From Tubiluchus corallicola (taxonomy: Eukaryota > Animalia > Priapulida): DNA of 64,000 nucleotides. Within the stretch, counting starts at the first letter, position 1; each line of letters starts with the position of its first letter. This document shows, in pieces, positions 26,872 to 41,800 of this stretch. A model generated the notes under the pieces. It had not been told where the DNA came from. It worked only from the letters and a program-made list of their open reading frames with translations, and ran no database searches. A program made the position numbers and the translations under genes. The stretch covers positions 660,693 to 724,692 of the forward strand of contig JAQGDQ010000066.1 of the NCBI GenBank assembly GCA_030141605.1, written 5' to 3'.

Positions 26872-29800
26872 GTTTCTTTGTAAAATGGATTCACTACAAT
26901 CTCTTAAGTACTACTGATACACAGTCTTTAACTGAAGTTGCAAGCATAGCAACTTTAGTTTACATTTGCTGCAAGATAATAAGATGATACTAATAATTTG
27001 CTGCAACAACATTTTTAAATAAATAAACGATTCAAATAAATTCCTCTGACAGCAGTAACTGTGCTTCAGCTAGTGATAGGCTTGCCGACCAGCTGAACGT
27101 TAGCAAAGGCCCTTATGTGTTCCAGCTGTAGCTGGCTTTGTCAATTTAAGTGTGCTGAATTCAAAAATGATATGTGCCGTTTTCTTCATGCACATATTGG
27201 AGTTCAAAATGGCCAGCACTATTCTTAGAACTTTGAGCTAGGTTTAATTTTTTTTACAATTTCTGCACTATACTAAATAGTGCATGTAGGATTTTATACA
27301 AAACATCTCTTGAAAATAAAAAAGAGTGATTATTATTTTTTTAAAACCTTCACTTTTTCAGCTTTTATTTTCTTGTTTAACAGATTCGGTTTTTCACATT
27401 AAGGCGAGGAGTTTGGCTAAGCGACAACCATATACGATCTATATGGGATTTTCACAGTTCGATAGAAAAATTCGGTTTCTAAAACAAGAAATTATGCCTT
27501 ATGAGGGTCTACAGCCGAGTATTAGTATAAGGTATTTTCAGTTTTGTTGTATTGTACTGATTTGCTCATATGTCAAGGTAGGTTGCACAGGGTTAGTTTG
27601 AAAAAAAATAATTAGTAATTGCTATGCTCACTGCAGGAAAAAAAGTGCAATAACAAGCTCATGATTCAACTTCTACCAGCAATGGAGGTGTTGGAAATTG
27701 TCTTAGGTTTGTCTGAAAAGGAACTAATTTTACATTTCCTTAGTTTTTTCATTTTTATTCTGTTGTCATTTTCTTGGTCATGTTTCTAAAATAGTTTTTG
27801 CTTGATTTTTGTGGAAGTATGCATGCATTTTTTATCATGAAATTGCCTTCAGAAGAATGTAGAATTAAATTAAAAAACAGTTGCTTTGGGTTAATTTTAG
27901 TTGTGAAATAAACTGCGGAGTTAAAGTTGACCCGCTGGAGCAGTTGCATCTGACCGCTGACTGCATAAGATGTAACAGCAGTTTTGAGTTCCACTGGTCA
28001 CTGAAATTCTGCACTTCTGGCAAAACAATTGACTTCGAACGCGATGTAGTTTTGTCTAAATTGGTAAAGGTAAATGACCATCTGGTGGTGAAAAGGAATG
28101 TATTTGCAGAAAGTGATTCGTGTTTGTTGGAAGTCGAAGGTATGTAAATTATGTGCTACATATTTATGAGTTCTTTTAAGATTCTTTGCACATGTTTATT
28201 CTCATTTCACACAATTTCCATGTATTTCATCAAATAAGTTTTTGGGAGTCATATAGCAAAAAGGGCTTCTTTTAATACTAAGTTACTTTGTGAGTGGGCG
28301 TCATAATGTTTTGTTGCTGAGAACAACGAAAAACATGTTAACGTATTACATGAATGAAACCAACAATAACTGGTTGACTGCACACAGCAAAACTGCAAAA
28401 ACAAATAAACAAATTATATGACTGTGAACTTGCAAGCGAGTAACAAAAACAACTTTGGTTACAAGTATTCTTAAATTTTGTGTTTTCATGAAATACTTGT
28501 TGGTATATGGCTCAAATCTGTAAACCATTTCTGTTAGGAGGCTGTAGTGAGCTATCTTGCCGTTGACCATTCTTCTTGCTGCATTTATGTTAATCTGGTT
28601 ATAGACGTCTCTGTTATAATTTTTTCTTGATTAAAATTTAGCCCAAAATTTGTTTATTGTTGCCTTGTTGGTTGTTATTCACATCAATAAGTTGTAAAAA
28701 TTATAGAGACTCGTTTGACTGGTGTGTATATATTTTATTTTGACTATTTTTAGGAGCTGCTCCTGGTTCGCAGTATAAAGGCTTTACGGCTTATCATTTT
28801 TTTGTGAATGAACGACCTGTTGAAGGCAGTTGCTCTGTCTCACCGCTTCGAGGTTATTAAATTTCATTTTCTTTATTTTTTATATGTTAACGTACTATAA
28901 ATTCTTGTGCAGTCTTAAGTTGTTTTTCTTTGTAGCTAGAACTATTATTTTCTTGTAGATCATATGTGCGTTAAGTCTTGATTGTATCGTGACTTAATTT
29001 GGCCATTCATTTTCAATTTCTTATTTGCATTTAGTTTTAAATTACTTAAAAAGTATTTTCTTACTTTACAAAATGCAGAACAAAAATCTGTTTACGATTG
29101 CCTTTGATATTGTCGATGACGGAAAGAGGTTTTTAACGTTGTTGTAGTCACAAACTACATGCATTAGAATGATTAGGTGAAGGAGTAATTTTTGTCTGGA
29201 TCTTTAACTTATACAATGTAATTTTTATCTGGATCTTTAACTTATATTATCAACATCAGGACTGGGCATGTATACAGCTAAAAGTCTGTAAGGTCTCACT
29301 CCAGGATCCACCACAGTGCCAGCCCATAACTCTCACATTTTCTGTATTTGAGAATATTTTAAGGCACTCTTTAAACTTAATAATGTGCATTTTGTATTCT
29401 ACCAATTCTTTGTTCATACCAATATTACAATGTGTAAATCTTTGCAGTGTGGCATTTAATGAGTGCTACTTTTTCAATAATATGCTGTGGAATTAAACCA
29501 ATCAGCTGCTTTAACAAAGTTACTGACAATTTTGAAACTAGAAGAATTCTCATAATTAAGAAACCTAATAAAATACAGTGTGCATAAATTAAATGAGAAA
29601 AATTCCATTTCTTAATTTTACACATTTAAATGCTGTAATCATTGCTTGTACAGTTTTTATAATAGTAACAGATAAATAACTAAAACCTGCTCTCAGAGAA
29701 GTTTAGGCATATATATACTAAGCTACAATATTGTATGTACGATGCACAATTAAGGTCCTGCAGCTCCATCTTACGAGCTTACAGGAAAGTTATAGTATAG

Positions 29801-32800
29801 TAATCAGACAGACTGTTGCTACTATCATAACTAATGGCTACTAATGGGAAAAATGCAATGTTGCAAAATCCGAGGTGAATCAGATACTTCTCGGCTGCAG
29901 CAAAGTTAATAATTGTTTACTGGTAACCAAGGTTCCGGAAGAATCTTACTTACCCCTGGTCTATAGTGTCTAGCCATTAGCTAAGTCACTATTTGCAATG
30001 CTTTCAGTAATCAGCTGGCAAGATTGTTGCCCAAAACACGTTTGTTGCAATGTTGTAGGAGTCCGTATAGTCATTACTCATTTTCTTTCTTTATTTCAAG
30101 TTTTTTTTCTTGTTAGGAATATCAACAGTTGATGAATTCTCCATGAATTGTGATGGCTACTGGGATTCGGATGTTCCACTTTCTTATGAATTTTATTATA
30201 AAACTGGAGCTGAGCCTGATGTAGTCGAGCAAAAACATTCTAAAGGTATGTTTAAGTTTTTATACTAAAATAATACCAACTATGCAGTGACCAATACTTT
30301 AGCATTGAGCTTAAATAAGTGAGACCTTTTGAGACTTGCAATTACTATACTCTAAGTTTCAAAGAAATATATACTTTATTTACTGTATACCTTTATTTTA
30401 TCTTTTTATTTTATTTCACGCATGCCTTTATTTTGTTTATTTTATTTTTAATAATGTTGTGCTGTATTGTGTACAAATGCAATTGCATTGTTGTCTTTTA
30501 AGCAATAAGGTAATTTTAATATTATAATCTTGTTTACACCTAATGAGGTCTATGAGGGACAAAAGCTTCTTAAGAAAACAATGTCCATTTTTGAGACTTA
30601 CAGAGTCTGACCTTTTATTCTTTTAATATAGCAATGGCAAGTCTCAGAAAACAATAAAAATACAGATAACTGCCTAGCAAATCTACATTTTGAAATAAAA
30701 ATACTACATTAGCAATAAAGTTAGTAAGACTTAAAGTAGTAAAGTAAGTAATGAACAGTAAATGGGATGATACCAAAATTTTTAACTATTCCAACATCAC
30801 TTTCACTATCCTGTAAATCCAGTTCCACTAAAAAGCCTCAATTTGAATACAATTTTCGTTCATTCCAATACCAATTACGTTTTTCTCCATTACAATTCCA
30901 ATTTCAGGAAATTTCACTCTAAATATAGCTTTAAATATCGCTCTATATATTTTGTTAGCACTTATGTGCCAATTGATTGAATTTGCTTGTGTACTAATTT
31001 TATTTTTTTGCCTTCTTCTTTTATTTAATTTTCAATTTTGTCAGAGCGAACAAAAGCAACTTTTGTGATACATTATAGTTTTCTATTATTATTATCATCA
31101 TCATCATCATCATCATCATCATTATTATTATTGTAGTTACATTCATTGACTATTATTAAAATAACGTGGTGAAAGCAAATCACAAACAAGGAATTGCGCA
31201 CTGTCAAATGACTAAACGAGCCTGTAAGAACTACAGTACAGGTCGCTAATTATTTGGCCTATTTGTTTAGTCAGTTATATACAGCATTTTGAAAGTACGA
31301 TCATACAAAATAAATATTTTACTAGTCACAAAGGACTTACATTTTGCCTAAAAAGTGTAAATTTTTCTAGAACAATAACTTTTTTATATCGACCAGACAG
31401 GATCCTGGTCCAAGCAGTTGTCCCGTGCAGTTATATTTAACAGTAACAGTCTGTCTTTGTTCATTGTGTTTGCAGGAATCTTTTTGCATTATTCTGTAAA
31501 ACCAGTGTTACCATTAATCCTCTTACCACCTGGAATACCAGAGAAAAACTACGTAACAGTAGTAACACTGAAGGTGGCGGACGCGTTGAAAATGGCCATT
31601 TACACAAAAATCAAAATCACGGTATGCATGCTTTTATAAGCATTACAGTCCAGTACAATGCAAATAATGAACGACATGCTAACGACATGTGATTGTGAAG
31701 TCAGGTCGACAAATTTACAATGTGATTGTTATCAGTCTCACAAGTTGAAACAATCACTTTAATAGAAAATGTATTTTGTTGGGTTGCTTAAATATGTTTA
31801 AATATATGCCCATCTATGTGTTTGTTAACATGGTCCTTTGTTGCTTGAATTTTGACTTGAAATACACTATGACCACTCAGCTGCTATCTTTCCCTTCATA
31901 CACAGAGAAAGCTTATGTTTAAGACCACATTTAGAAACTGATCGGGTTGCTACTACTGCGATTACAACATGTAGTTCCATAAATAAGTTTCAGGTACTTT
32001 TGTGAAATGTTTTATTTTTCAACTTTTATACGTTTATTTGTAAAGTACTAATTCACCGATTTTGCTCTGTAAAGTTTTCACCATGGTTTTTCAAAAACGA
32101 ATTTGTTGCAAAAGCGTTTACACTTTTTCATTTCCTCAGAGTGAAAATGCCTTCAAATCGCAAGATTATTATGTCAAAAGTAAAACTTGGGGAAAATGTC
32201 TGTTTCGGTAAGATGTAAAATTACATCTTTTCCTGAACAATGTATTTAATTTTGCCAAAATCCCTGTGAAAACTTATCACTAGTTCATGTACTTCGATTA
32301 ACCCGCTACCGTTTGTTGATGTCTTTCTGTTTATGGTAACCAGCTTTCTTTACATTACAGTATTACAATTTTCTGCTTTTTTATGTTATGACATCGCACT
32401 TTGCAGAAATTGGAGAAAGTCAAGAAGAAACTTTGGGGAAGTTTTGAATAAATTTTTCCATTTAACAGAACTGAAATTCGATCTGAATTGTATTTTTATA
32501 AAAAAGTTGCCTATGCTAATTTAGAGGAATGTATTTGTTAATTGAATATGTGTAAATTCTGTACACATTAAGTCTTCATAGTGTATACTTTTTACTATTT
32601 TTTGATAAAAACACTCGCCGCTAAGTGGTAAACATCTTTTATTAGTCTCGAGGTTGAAACATGAATTACTTACTCATTCCTGATGGCAGTTGTACAACTT
32701 TGTGGTAGATGTGTAACTAGAAGCCTGACATTTGATCCTTTCATAACAGTGAATTTACCCAATTATTTTTATTTTTTGCTGTGTAGGTGTATCCATACGA

Positions 32801-35800
32801 GTATGGCAAAACTTGGGATACTGCCCTAGATCACATAAAAGATATTTTGCTGCTGATACAGAACCTCATCAAAAAAATGGAGACTCGACTCACTCATAAC
32901 GATATTGCTGGTAAGCTAAGTTTATTCAAAATATTTCTTATTAATCACCATGTTTTTAGTTATTGTTTGTTTAACAGGATGAATCTGTAGAATACCGGAC
33001 TGGTAGACAGGTTCTCCAGAGCAAGGACCTTCAGTTTCTTTAATTAGCCGTAGTTGCTCTTTTACTATCGTTCAAACTGAGGTTTACTATACTGTTTGCA
33101 AGTACAATTCCTCTACATTTTGGGCATTTTCATAGTGGCGAGTTGTCTATATGGAGTATAAAGGCAGCTTCATTTTCAAGGTGTTTGTCAAAAGCAGACG
33201 CAGCAAGTGATGTATACCCATAATTGTTCCTGAGGATAAATTTGCCTTGATGTTTATAAGTCATAGTACCAGTTTAGTACTTGTGTGCAGTGCTGTATAT
33301 CAGTCTCTTTGTTGTTGCTGTGTTAAAATGTAGAACATTGAGTTTCTAGCTTCATTAAAATCTTGTTTACAATGATCGTTTTAAAAAAAATTATTGACAA
33401 GTAACTGGTTCAGTGGCAGCTGGAGCTGACATTACTGTTAGTATCTGCTGTCTTGATCTTCTCATGGAAATCTGCCTGCCTGTGCCCATGTCTACAATAT
33501 ATGCAGTGGCTTAATGGGTGTTTAATATCTAAGACAAAACCAAGTGGTACCATTACTATTAATAGTAATACCTTTATTGGATACCTGCTTAATTATCTCT
33601 ATTTATCACTTATTTGTGTTTGATTCTTACCATCAACATTATTCATAATTTAAATGAATAGTTGTAGTGATATAAACACACTATAACATATTGTCTTATT
33701 TGTATGTGGACTATAAATATATTACTGACTGTAATTTTGTCTGTCATTTACTTGTTTCTAGGTGTCTCCCATCTGATACACCTTGCAACGTTTTTACTTA
33801 ATGATTTGAAGCCTTTGGGTAATGAGACAGCAGAGATAAATCAGTTAAAAATAGATGTAAGTTTGTATAAGTAATTTATGAATTGTTGTCGCATGTCATT
33901 GCTTATCTTGTTTATAATAACTTGAATACACTCCTGTTTATTTGACCACCTTATGCTGCAATCAAAATTGTAAAAATTAGCATGTTTGTAAAAGCTCATT
34001 ATTTTTGCAAAAACATAACCATCTTGCCCACTATTGTAAAATCAGAAATTATTACTTTTGTTAAAGAATTACTAGTTTTTGTAAAAAAAAAACTGGGTGA
34101 CTAATTTTGCAAAAATGTTAGCCACTTTTGTGAAATACTCTTGTAAAATTGTTACTGTCTTCATAAAAACTCCTGCCCATTTTTGTTAATTACCAAGTTA
34201 CTGTTTTTTTCAGAAAATTTTATACTTTTGTAAAAACAAGAGTTATCACAAAACACTAATCACTTTTGTAAAACTTACCACTTATATAAGGAATGGTCTG
34301 TTACTCTGTTTGCATGTTAATTTACACCAAACACCAGAACACGCCAGGTAGTGCAGCACAAGCATTGCAAAATCGTGGTGGTATAATTTGGTGCAACATT
34401 TTCTCACCAAATTCTCACCGTGTATGTTGAGATAAACCATTCCCACAAGAGACGGCATTAGTATAAACATTGCAGGAGTCTTGTGATATGATATAAAATT
34501 TTTCAATGTTCGATTTCAAATCTCTGAATCCAAACTTACAAAAATTTTTATTTGGATATAGCCTTAGGTCAGTGTGAAAAATCTCTCCACTAATACTGAT
34601 GTTTTTCTAAAAATAAACACTTTTATTGAAACCAACACTGCAACAAACTTGCCAGTTGGAGATGGTACGTTAGCGATGTCTTCTACTACGAAGCTCAGAA
34701 TTGGTAGCAACCAGGTTTAGATTTATTAATCCATTTAGCACAATACAAAATACAAATTATACAATTACAAATTGACAATGCATTGCTGTGTTATAAGGAT
34801 AGCAGAAGAAATAAACTTAAAAGTTAAGTTGACATCATAATGTAATGAACTAATTATTATGCTATTGTGTAATGTAATAGTTATTACATAACTGTTAATG
34901 AAGCTGACATCATAATTTGGAAGTAACTAATCATATAGAAGGTAAGCTTGTTGCAATTTAAAGCCTAGTGTTCTCGAAAGTGTCCGATTTAAAAATCATT
35001 TATAAGATTCACATAAAGTCAGTACACCTTACAGGCAAAAATAAAAATTGCAATAATAATAAATGAAGTGATAGGACTTTTCCATATCAGAGTGGATCTT
35101 TTAGCAGTAGATGATATAGTGGCTTCTCTGACTGAAAAAATAATGTTTAATTAAAGATTCAAACAGTACTTTTTAAGAGGTACGGTAACAATGTTCTCTT
35201 CTTAAAAAGAGACTAGACTGTGTGACACATGAGTGCCGCTGGTATATCGAACTGTCAGCTGATCTAATGAAAGAAAATGAAGGAAAGCCACATTACCCAG
35301 CTATATCAAATAAAGATAGCGTTCCAAACAAAAGTGTATGACCAATTAATTATGACTATAAAGGTTATCAATGCTGCTAGGCAAAAACTACAACAGTAAG
35401 ATTTTACAAGACTAGCAAAAGTTTTACAAAAGTGGTTATTTTTTATAAAAAGAGTGTTTTATAAAAGTGGCTAATGTGTTTACGAAATTAGTGACTCACA
35501 AGTTTTTCCACAGATGTGGCAAAATTAATAGTGTCTGGGAGCTTTTACAATTTTTACAATTTATGTTGCAACATCATATCACTATATATTTTTGACAGGC
35601 AAATTTTTGAAGTATTTTTGAAGTGACAAGATTTCTTGCATGCCCTTGTTGGCACATGTTGGACAGCTTGCCAAAAACACCTCAAGAGAGGGAAAGACCA
35701 CTGAACGAATTTTTGTAAAAAAACTGTTTGCAAAGTTTCTGCTTTTTTTTCAAAAATCAGTCTGTTATTATTTGTGTTCAGATCAGAAATTCTCTGCTAA

Positions 35801-38800
35801 GCATTTTATCTAATCTGCCAGCATCATCTATTCAAGCTTGGAGACAGCGAGCTGATATGTGGACGGCAAATGCAGGCGAGGATGACCTTAGTGATGCAAA
35901 TGTGAGTAAACACATTCTTATATATCTAGGGTTTTAAAGTTCTTTTTTATGGATTTATCCTACAATAATATGTAAATAATTAATAAGAAAATTACTTCCT
36001 TATTTTTGTTAACTGGTACATCCAAACTAGAAAAACATTTTCCTTACTTCATTCGTTTTGTTATGATTAAGAATAAAATTATTGTTTGTAGCAGCACGAT
36101 GGTCTAATGGTTTTAGTATAGCTGCCTGGAAAGCAGAAGATCTTGTGTTAAGAGTCCCCCAGTGGAGATGCAAAAATTTTTCTTGCTTTCTAATTTAATA
36201 TTTGCTTTGTGCTCTGCATGACTGTTCGTGTTTGAATTTATATTCAACTTGTTTGCAGCTTTTTAAATCTCTTGCCTTTTCTTTACTAAGCATTTAGGAA
36301 TTCTTTTCAAGTTTTTGCCAGGTTCCCGTCACACTTTCTGAAATTATATATGAATAAAATTTCATAATGTAGTCCTTACTTCTTAAACAAATTCATTTTG
36401 AAAACCCTTGTTTTTTCAGAAACAAGCTATAACTAATTTAGAAATTATCGGAAAATTCCTAAAAAAGGGACAAGACGATATGAATATTGAAGAGGCAGAG
36501 GAGTCTGGACAGTATGTACACCTGTTGCTTCACTATAGAAACCTCTCCTATCCAAACATTTTTAATTATATAATATAAAACTAATTTCGAATACATTTCA
36601 GTGTTTGTCTTTGCAAATATACAGGGATGCTATGTAGAGCTTTACTGAAATTTTCGCCTGGAGCTGTTAAAATTTAAAATTGTTCTGTGTCATTGTTGGG
36701 ATCTAATAACAGAATCACTGGGTAACATTGACAGCCTTATGAGACACTGCCATAAGCATACACACAATGGCTTTGTTGACTTCATGTATTAAACATTGTA
36801 TAAGTTTCATAATCTTGTCATGTAGGTACTTTGTCATAAGGCATGGAAGTTGATATTAAAACCATTTGCCTCTGACAACGTATTCTACACCTAAAAGTAA
36901 CACACTATATACTCAGGCATTGAGTCCAGTGATCCTGGAGTTTTTAGTTTCTTTTTTCTTAGTTGATGGTGACTGATCCAGTAATGTAATGATGTATGAT
37001 AGAATTAAAATTAAACATTGACGAGTAGATCATAAATAGATAGAAATTTGCAGCAATTTCTATTCATTTAATTAAATTACTGAAATAATATTAGCTGTGT
37101 ACTAGTTTACCACTTACTAATTTAAATACTGAAAGTGTTTGCCGAGTTTTAATGCAAATACAGTTCATTATACCGTAATTCCAGCTAAAAGTAAATATTA
37201 GCATACCACTGTAACTATGTTACCTGCAAGGCTGTAAGTGTTTAATAAGCAGTAGGTACTTATACATAATTGTTTTCATCTGTTGTGAAACAATGGCATG
37301 CTGATAAGTGGCCAACATATGGTGACCAGAACAGAATCGTGGGTAGTATGACTAGTAATTAGGTGATTAGCTAAGTACATTACGGATCGTCCATTAAGAG
37401 AGTGTGAACTGGGTATTTTATCAATTATGGCAGTGTTCTGGGGTTTGAGACTGGGGAAAATGCCGAAAAAGGAAAATCGATAATTTGAAAGAAGAATTAC
37501 ATTTTATTTTTCGAGTTATTTTATTCGTTTAATAAATCTTTTATTAAATGGGGATTTTACTTGTTTGTTTTCCAAACAGCAAATTTTTGTTTGCCTATCG
37601 GCAACTCTGAAAGCTACTTGAAAATAAATTTTCTGTGAGTATGATTTTCATAAGTGGGGGGAGCACAGTAAAAGACTCTTCTGAATGCAAAATAATCGGT
37701 ACGATCGCACTTGCACCTCTCAAAAGGCAAGAACCTACACCCATTTCATTAGTAAGTAAAGGGGAATTTAGTGTCAGTTAATGAAAAATGGTGAAGGTTG
37801 TAGCTGCAAGTTTTTGACTTGCGTTTCAAATCATCATCAGGCAAAAAAATCATTCTTCTCTGTATGTGTATTTATAATATGTTTATATATGATATATTTA
37901 TACAGAACACATATTTTTGCCATGTATTTCCAGAACTATCCTCAGTGGTATTTCTAAAATATTTGGTGCCTTGGAAAATTCTCCCACAACAGATTCTGAA
38001 GAGGTAAGAGCTGCAAAAATGTTTTATACATTACTCTCTTTCTGCTTAGCCTTAATAAATAATCATCTGTGAACTTTATTTTACAGTAATTTTGTTGGAT
38101 TTTTAGAGATCTTGTATATTTATAATCAGTTTAACATTTTGCATCATACAATCAACCTGACAAAGTTTTATCTGATGAAAGAAGTATCTGCTAGTTGTAG
38201 TGGTGGTATTAGTGCATTCATCTGCAAACACTTTCAAATGCATTACATTTACGTGGTCGCTGCCTGTTCTTTGGGATATTTTAGGGAGTTGCCCATTTGC
38301 CCTTGATGAGTCAGGCTCTGTTCGTATCATGAATATAGTGTTGAGTGGGTCTTGCTGCTGAATGTTTACATCTAAATATATATTATATTTATTATATATA
38401 TATATTATAAATTTATATATTTACACACACACAGGGGAGGAATTATTACAATGATTTTTAATCATAACTTCATGAGCAGCGTGACTGCATAAAAGTAAGT
38501 CATAATACTAAATTTAAACTGTGAAAGTACGTGACTACTAAATTTAACTAGTGAAAGTGCTTGCCAACTAAAATAACCTGTGAAAGTGCTTAACTACTAA
38601 ATTTAACCTGTGAAACTATTTGATTATTAAATTTAACCCAGGAAACTGCTTGAGTTTTGCATGTGATGACGTATCATAGACTGGCAGATCATGCTGAGTA
38701 AAACCATTGAGCTGTTGCAACGAACCTAATGAATTAAGTTATTATTATTTTTTTACTGTGCTACTTATTTGGCTAATGAAATTTCAACTTTATGTTAAAC

Positions 38801-41800
38801 ACTGATAATTTTTTCAACAGGGAAAAGACACTTCTGACAAAACATTTAGTATCATAGACATCATTGCAGAAGTAATTAAAGAAAAGAAAAGAAAGGGCGA
38901 CAATGCAACTGTTATTGAAACAGACACAATAACAGTGACTGTGGACAAAAAAGAAGTTGATGAACTAGGAGGTAACTGTGATTCTCTTGAACTTTATACC
39001 TAATGTGTTAGCATGTGTTGTGTGCTCTATCAAAATTCATGCTCGTGTTTGTAACGTGGAGCTTAAATTTTAAACAGTAGGCATGAAAACTAAAACCATT
39101 ATCTCATGCTCGAGTGCTGGGAGAATTTAAGCTTGTTTTTCTAAGAATTTTTTCTAAGAATTCAGATTCTGACTTGAGTGGTACTGTCATCATTATAGGC
39201 TCTTGTTCAAGGCTCTATGAGCAGATATCACTGAAGAAGGTTAATTGTAACGAGATCTTGTAATTTTGCCATTTATATTCATTATGCTGAAGCCACAGCA
39301 CAATACTGTTGGCAACTTAAAGCTTGGCAGACATCAATGTCTACGCACACTCGTTTATTTTCAAGTGCACCTTTAAAAATTTTTTTAGTTGTTTCGGATT
39401 CTTGATCACTTAGATGTTTCTATTTTTATTTGCAACCTTCTTTTTAGGTTATAAAATAGCAGCTTAGGTTTGGCTAAGTTAGATGTTTTGGTTTGGAGTT
39501 TGCTGCCACTTTTTAGCTGGTCAATATGGCCTCTATTTAAAATTAGATTACTTTGTTAGGCATTGAGTTGATAGTTTTAGACTTCTTGACAGCTGCCATG
39601 AACCTCCGTGAGATTCTAGGCTTTTGTGGTGGCCACAAGTGGTCAGGAGTAAAACATGAATAGCCTGTCTAGAGAATATCTTTGAATAGCTTGCATAGAG
39701 AATATGTTTTAATATTTCTCATAAACAAAATTTGAAATCAAGGTGGGAAAAATAAAAAACTGGGGAAGCATAAGTGTACTACCTAGTTACTTTGTGCTAT
39801 TGATTGTAACATGTTTTGAAAACTTGGTTTTTTATTTTAGATTCTGAAATTGATATGGGAGGTGATGCTGGGCACTTCAAAATACCTCCGGCCGATTTAT
39901 TCCTGAACGTCTCTGCAGATGAGATGATCGAAATTACAGTTGTGTATTCAAGTTTTTTCACATTTTTAGGCATTTATAGCAAATATGTTTGCCGTAGGTT
40001 ATGTACTTAAGTATGGAAGGTAATCTCTGATCAAAATTTTCAGTACTAATTTATTATTCAGAGGACTTTTAAAAATCCAATTTATTTCACTTCATTACTG
40101 CAAAAGTTTATCATTGTTCGTAATAAATTCATATAAGAAAGTGTTTGGTTCAATTGCTAATTCTGCATTTTAGGTTGATTTCGTGTTAGTTGAATATTTT
40201 GTGTGGTCATTTTAGACTCTCTGATTACCTCGTTTTAAATTTAAATTTTATGTTTTATATACACTATTTGTTCAGTTGCTTTTCATGAACAAAAAGTACT
40301 GTAAGCACAATTTTTGGATGTCTTAAATTTTAACGGATTGCATAATTGCTTAGTGTGAGTGAGTTCTTGGAAGGAGTTAACAATTCCCAACACAACTTAA
40401 TAGATTCCCTAATTCCAACTTTCACAATATCGCTAACCCAAACCCTAATCCACTGCACATACTAATTTCTTGTGTGTGGCAAAATATAAGCTTTAGCTAA
40501 ATTCTCAATATTTCCAGTTGGCTACCATTAAAGTAAATCCATATAATTGGCACGAGTCATCTGAAGGTATTAACACCGCTGTGGCAAATCTTGAAATTAC
40601 TGGAGCGAATGGTTCATTGTTGGCCTTTGGTGCGCCAATTCAATTTTTTATGAATTTACCAAGTAAGATATTATTTGTATAGTTATGTATTTTTAGTAAC
40701 AATTGTGATCAAATAATGAATTGTAAGCTTAGTTAAGTAGTTGTCTGCATTATTAGTTTAATTTAATTTAATTTTTTTAATTTAGACTAACTCTTTACAA
40801 CTTTGTATGTGATGTGCTTTATCCCTGTTAAGCAATAAATTTAATTCAAATCCAGATTTTGCCATGATTTAAGATTTTCAAGATGTTTTTTAAAAATAGC
40901 TTGCGTTCAAAAAGTATTACTGACATCAAATTTCGTTAGTTTCTCAGCTTGTCTATAAAAAACTCTGACTGTCTCTGACTATTAGAATTACTTATTGAAT
41001 AAACAACACAACCCATACTGCACCAATCACACCAATCACACCTGTCCACACCACTCCACCATATCACACCCCCCACTCCACACCACAAATCACGTGACAA
41101 CACAAAAAATTGTATTAGAATTGGGTAAATGATTGAAAATCTTTCTTTAAATGCATACTGCAATTTCAATTAAAATTCAGAAATTTAGGCTTTAAAAATA
41201 TGCGGTCTGCAACTAATCTGCATATTACTGCGAATTTCGTGTCCACAAATAGCTATCCGCACAAATAGCTACCTGCCTCAGGTAGTTGAACCTGACTAGC
41301 ACTTTTTCCCGGCAGTCTCCTATCTACTTACACTGTGACCAGTCCGCTATTCCCGTTGCTTCTTTTTGGTGCTGCAAGAAAACTGAAAGAAGAAATAAAC
41401 AAATGAAAGGTATTGATAGATGCATCCCTTTTCTAAGAATTACACTAGTGGTTGTTTAACCTAATCTGTGACATAATTATTTCATTGTTGTGTTTATATG
41501 CAAATTGAAAAAATACTTCTCTTTTTTACAGAAACGAAGGGAGTCGGTTCGTTTTTTGTAAATAACACTGGCACACGGACAGACAAAGATATAACTGTGC
41601 ATAGTATTTATGCCAAGCCACAAAATTACATCATCCTTGCTATTAATGATTTGCCTGACAATGTGACATTGAAGGTAATTTCATAGTGATTTGTTTGGTG
41701 AAACAACATTACCAGTCGTGAAATCGTAACAAATTTGTTTACAGAAGATGTTAAATATGGTTTCTTATTTTTTAATACAAACATTTAACTTACAGATTAA

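Noticed and set aside
26640-26987. (RE)n and (SL)n ORFs
   Set aside because: These are translations of the (TC)n microsatellite.
34730-35390. Possible LINE RT relic inside the foldback-like element
   Set aside because: Too degenerate to read any diagnostic motif by eye.
38506-38653. 30-bp repeats resembling a CRISPR array
   Set aside because: There are no unique spacers and no cas genes, and the repeats lie in a eukaryotic intron.
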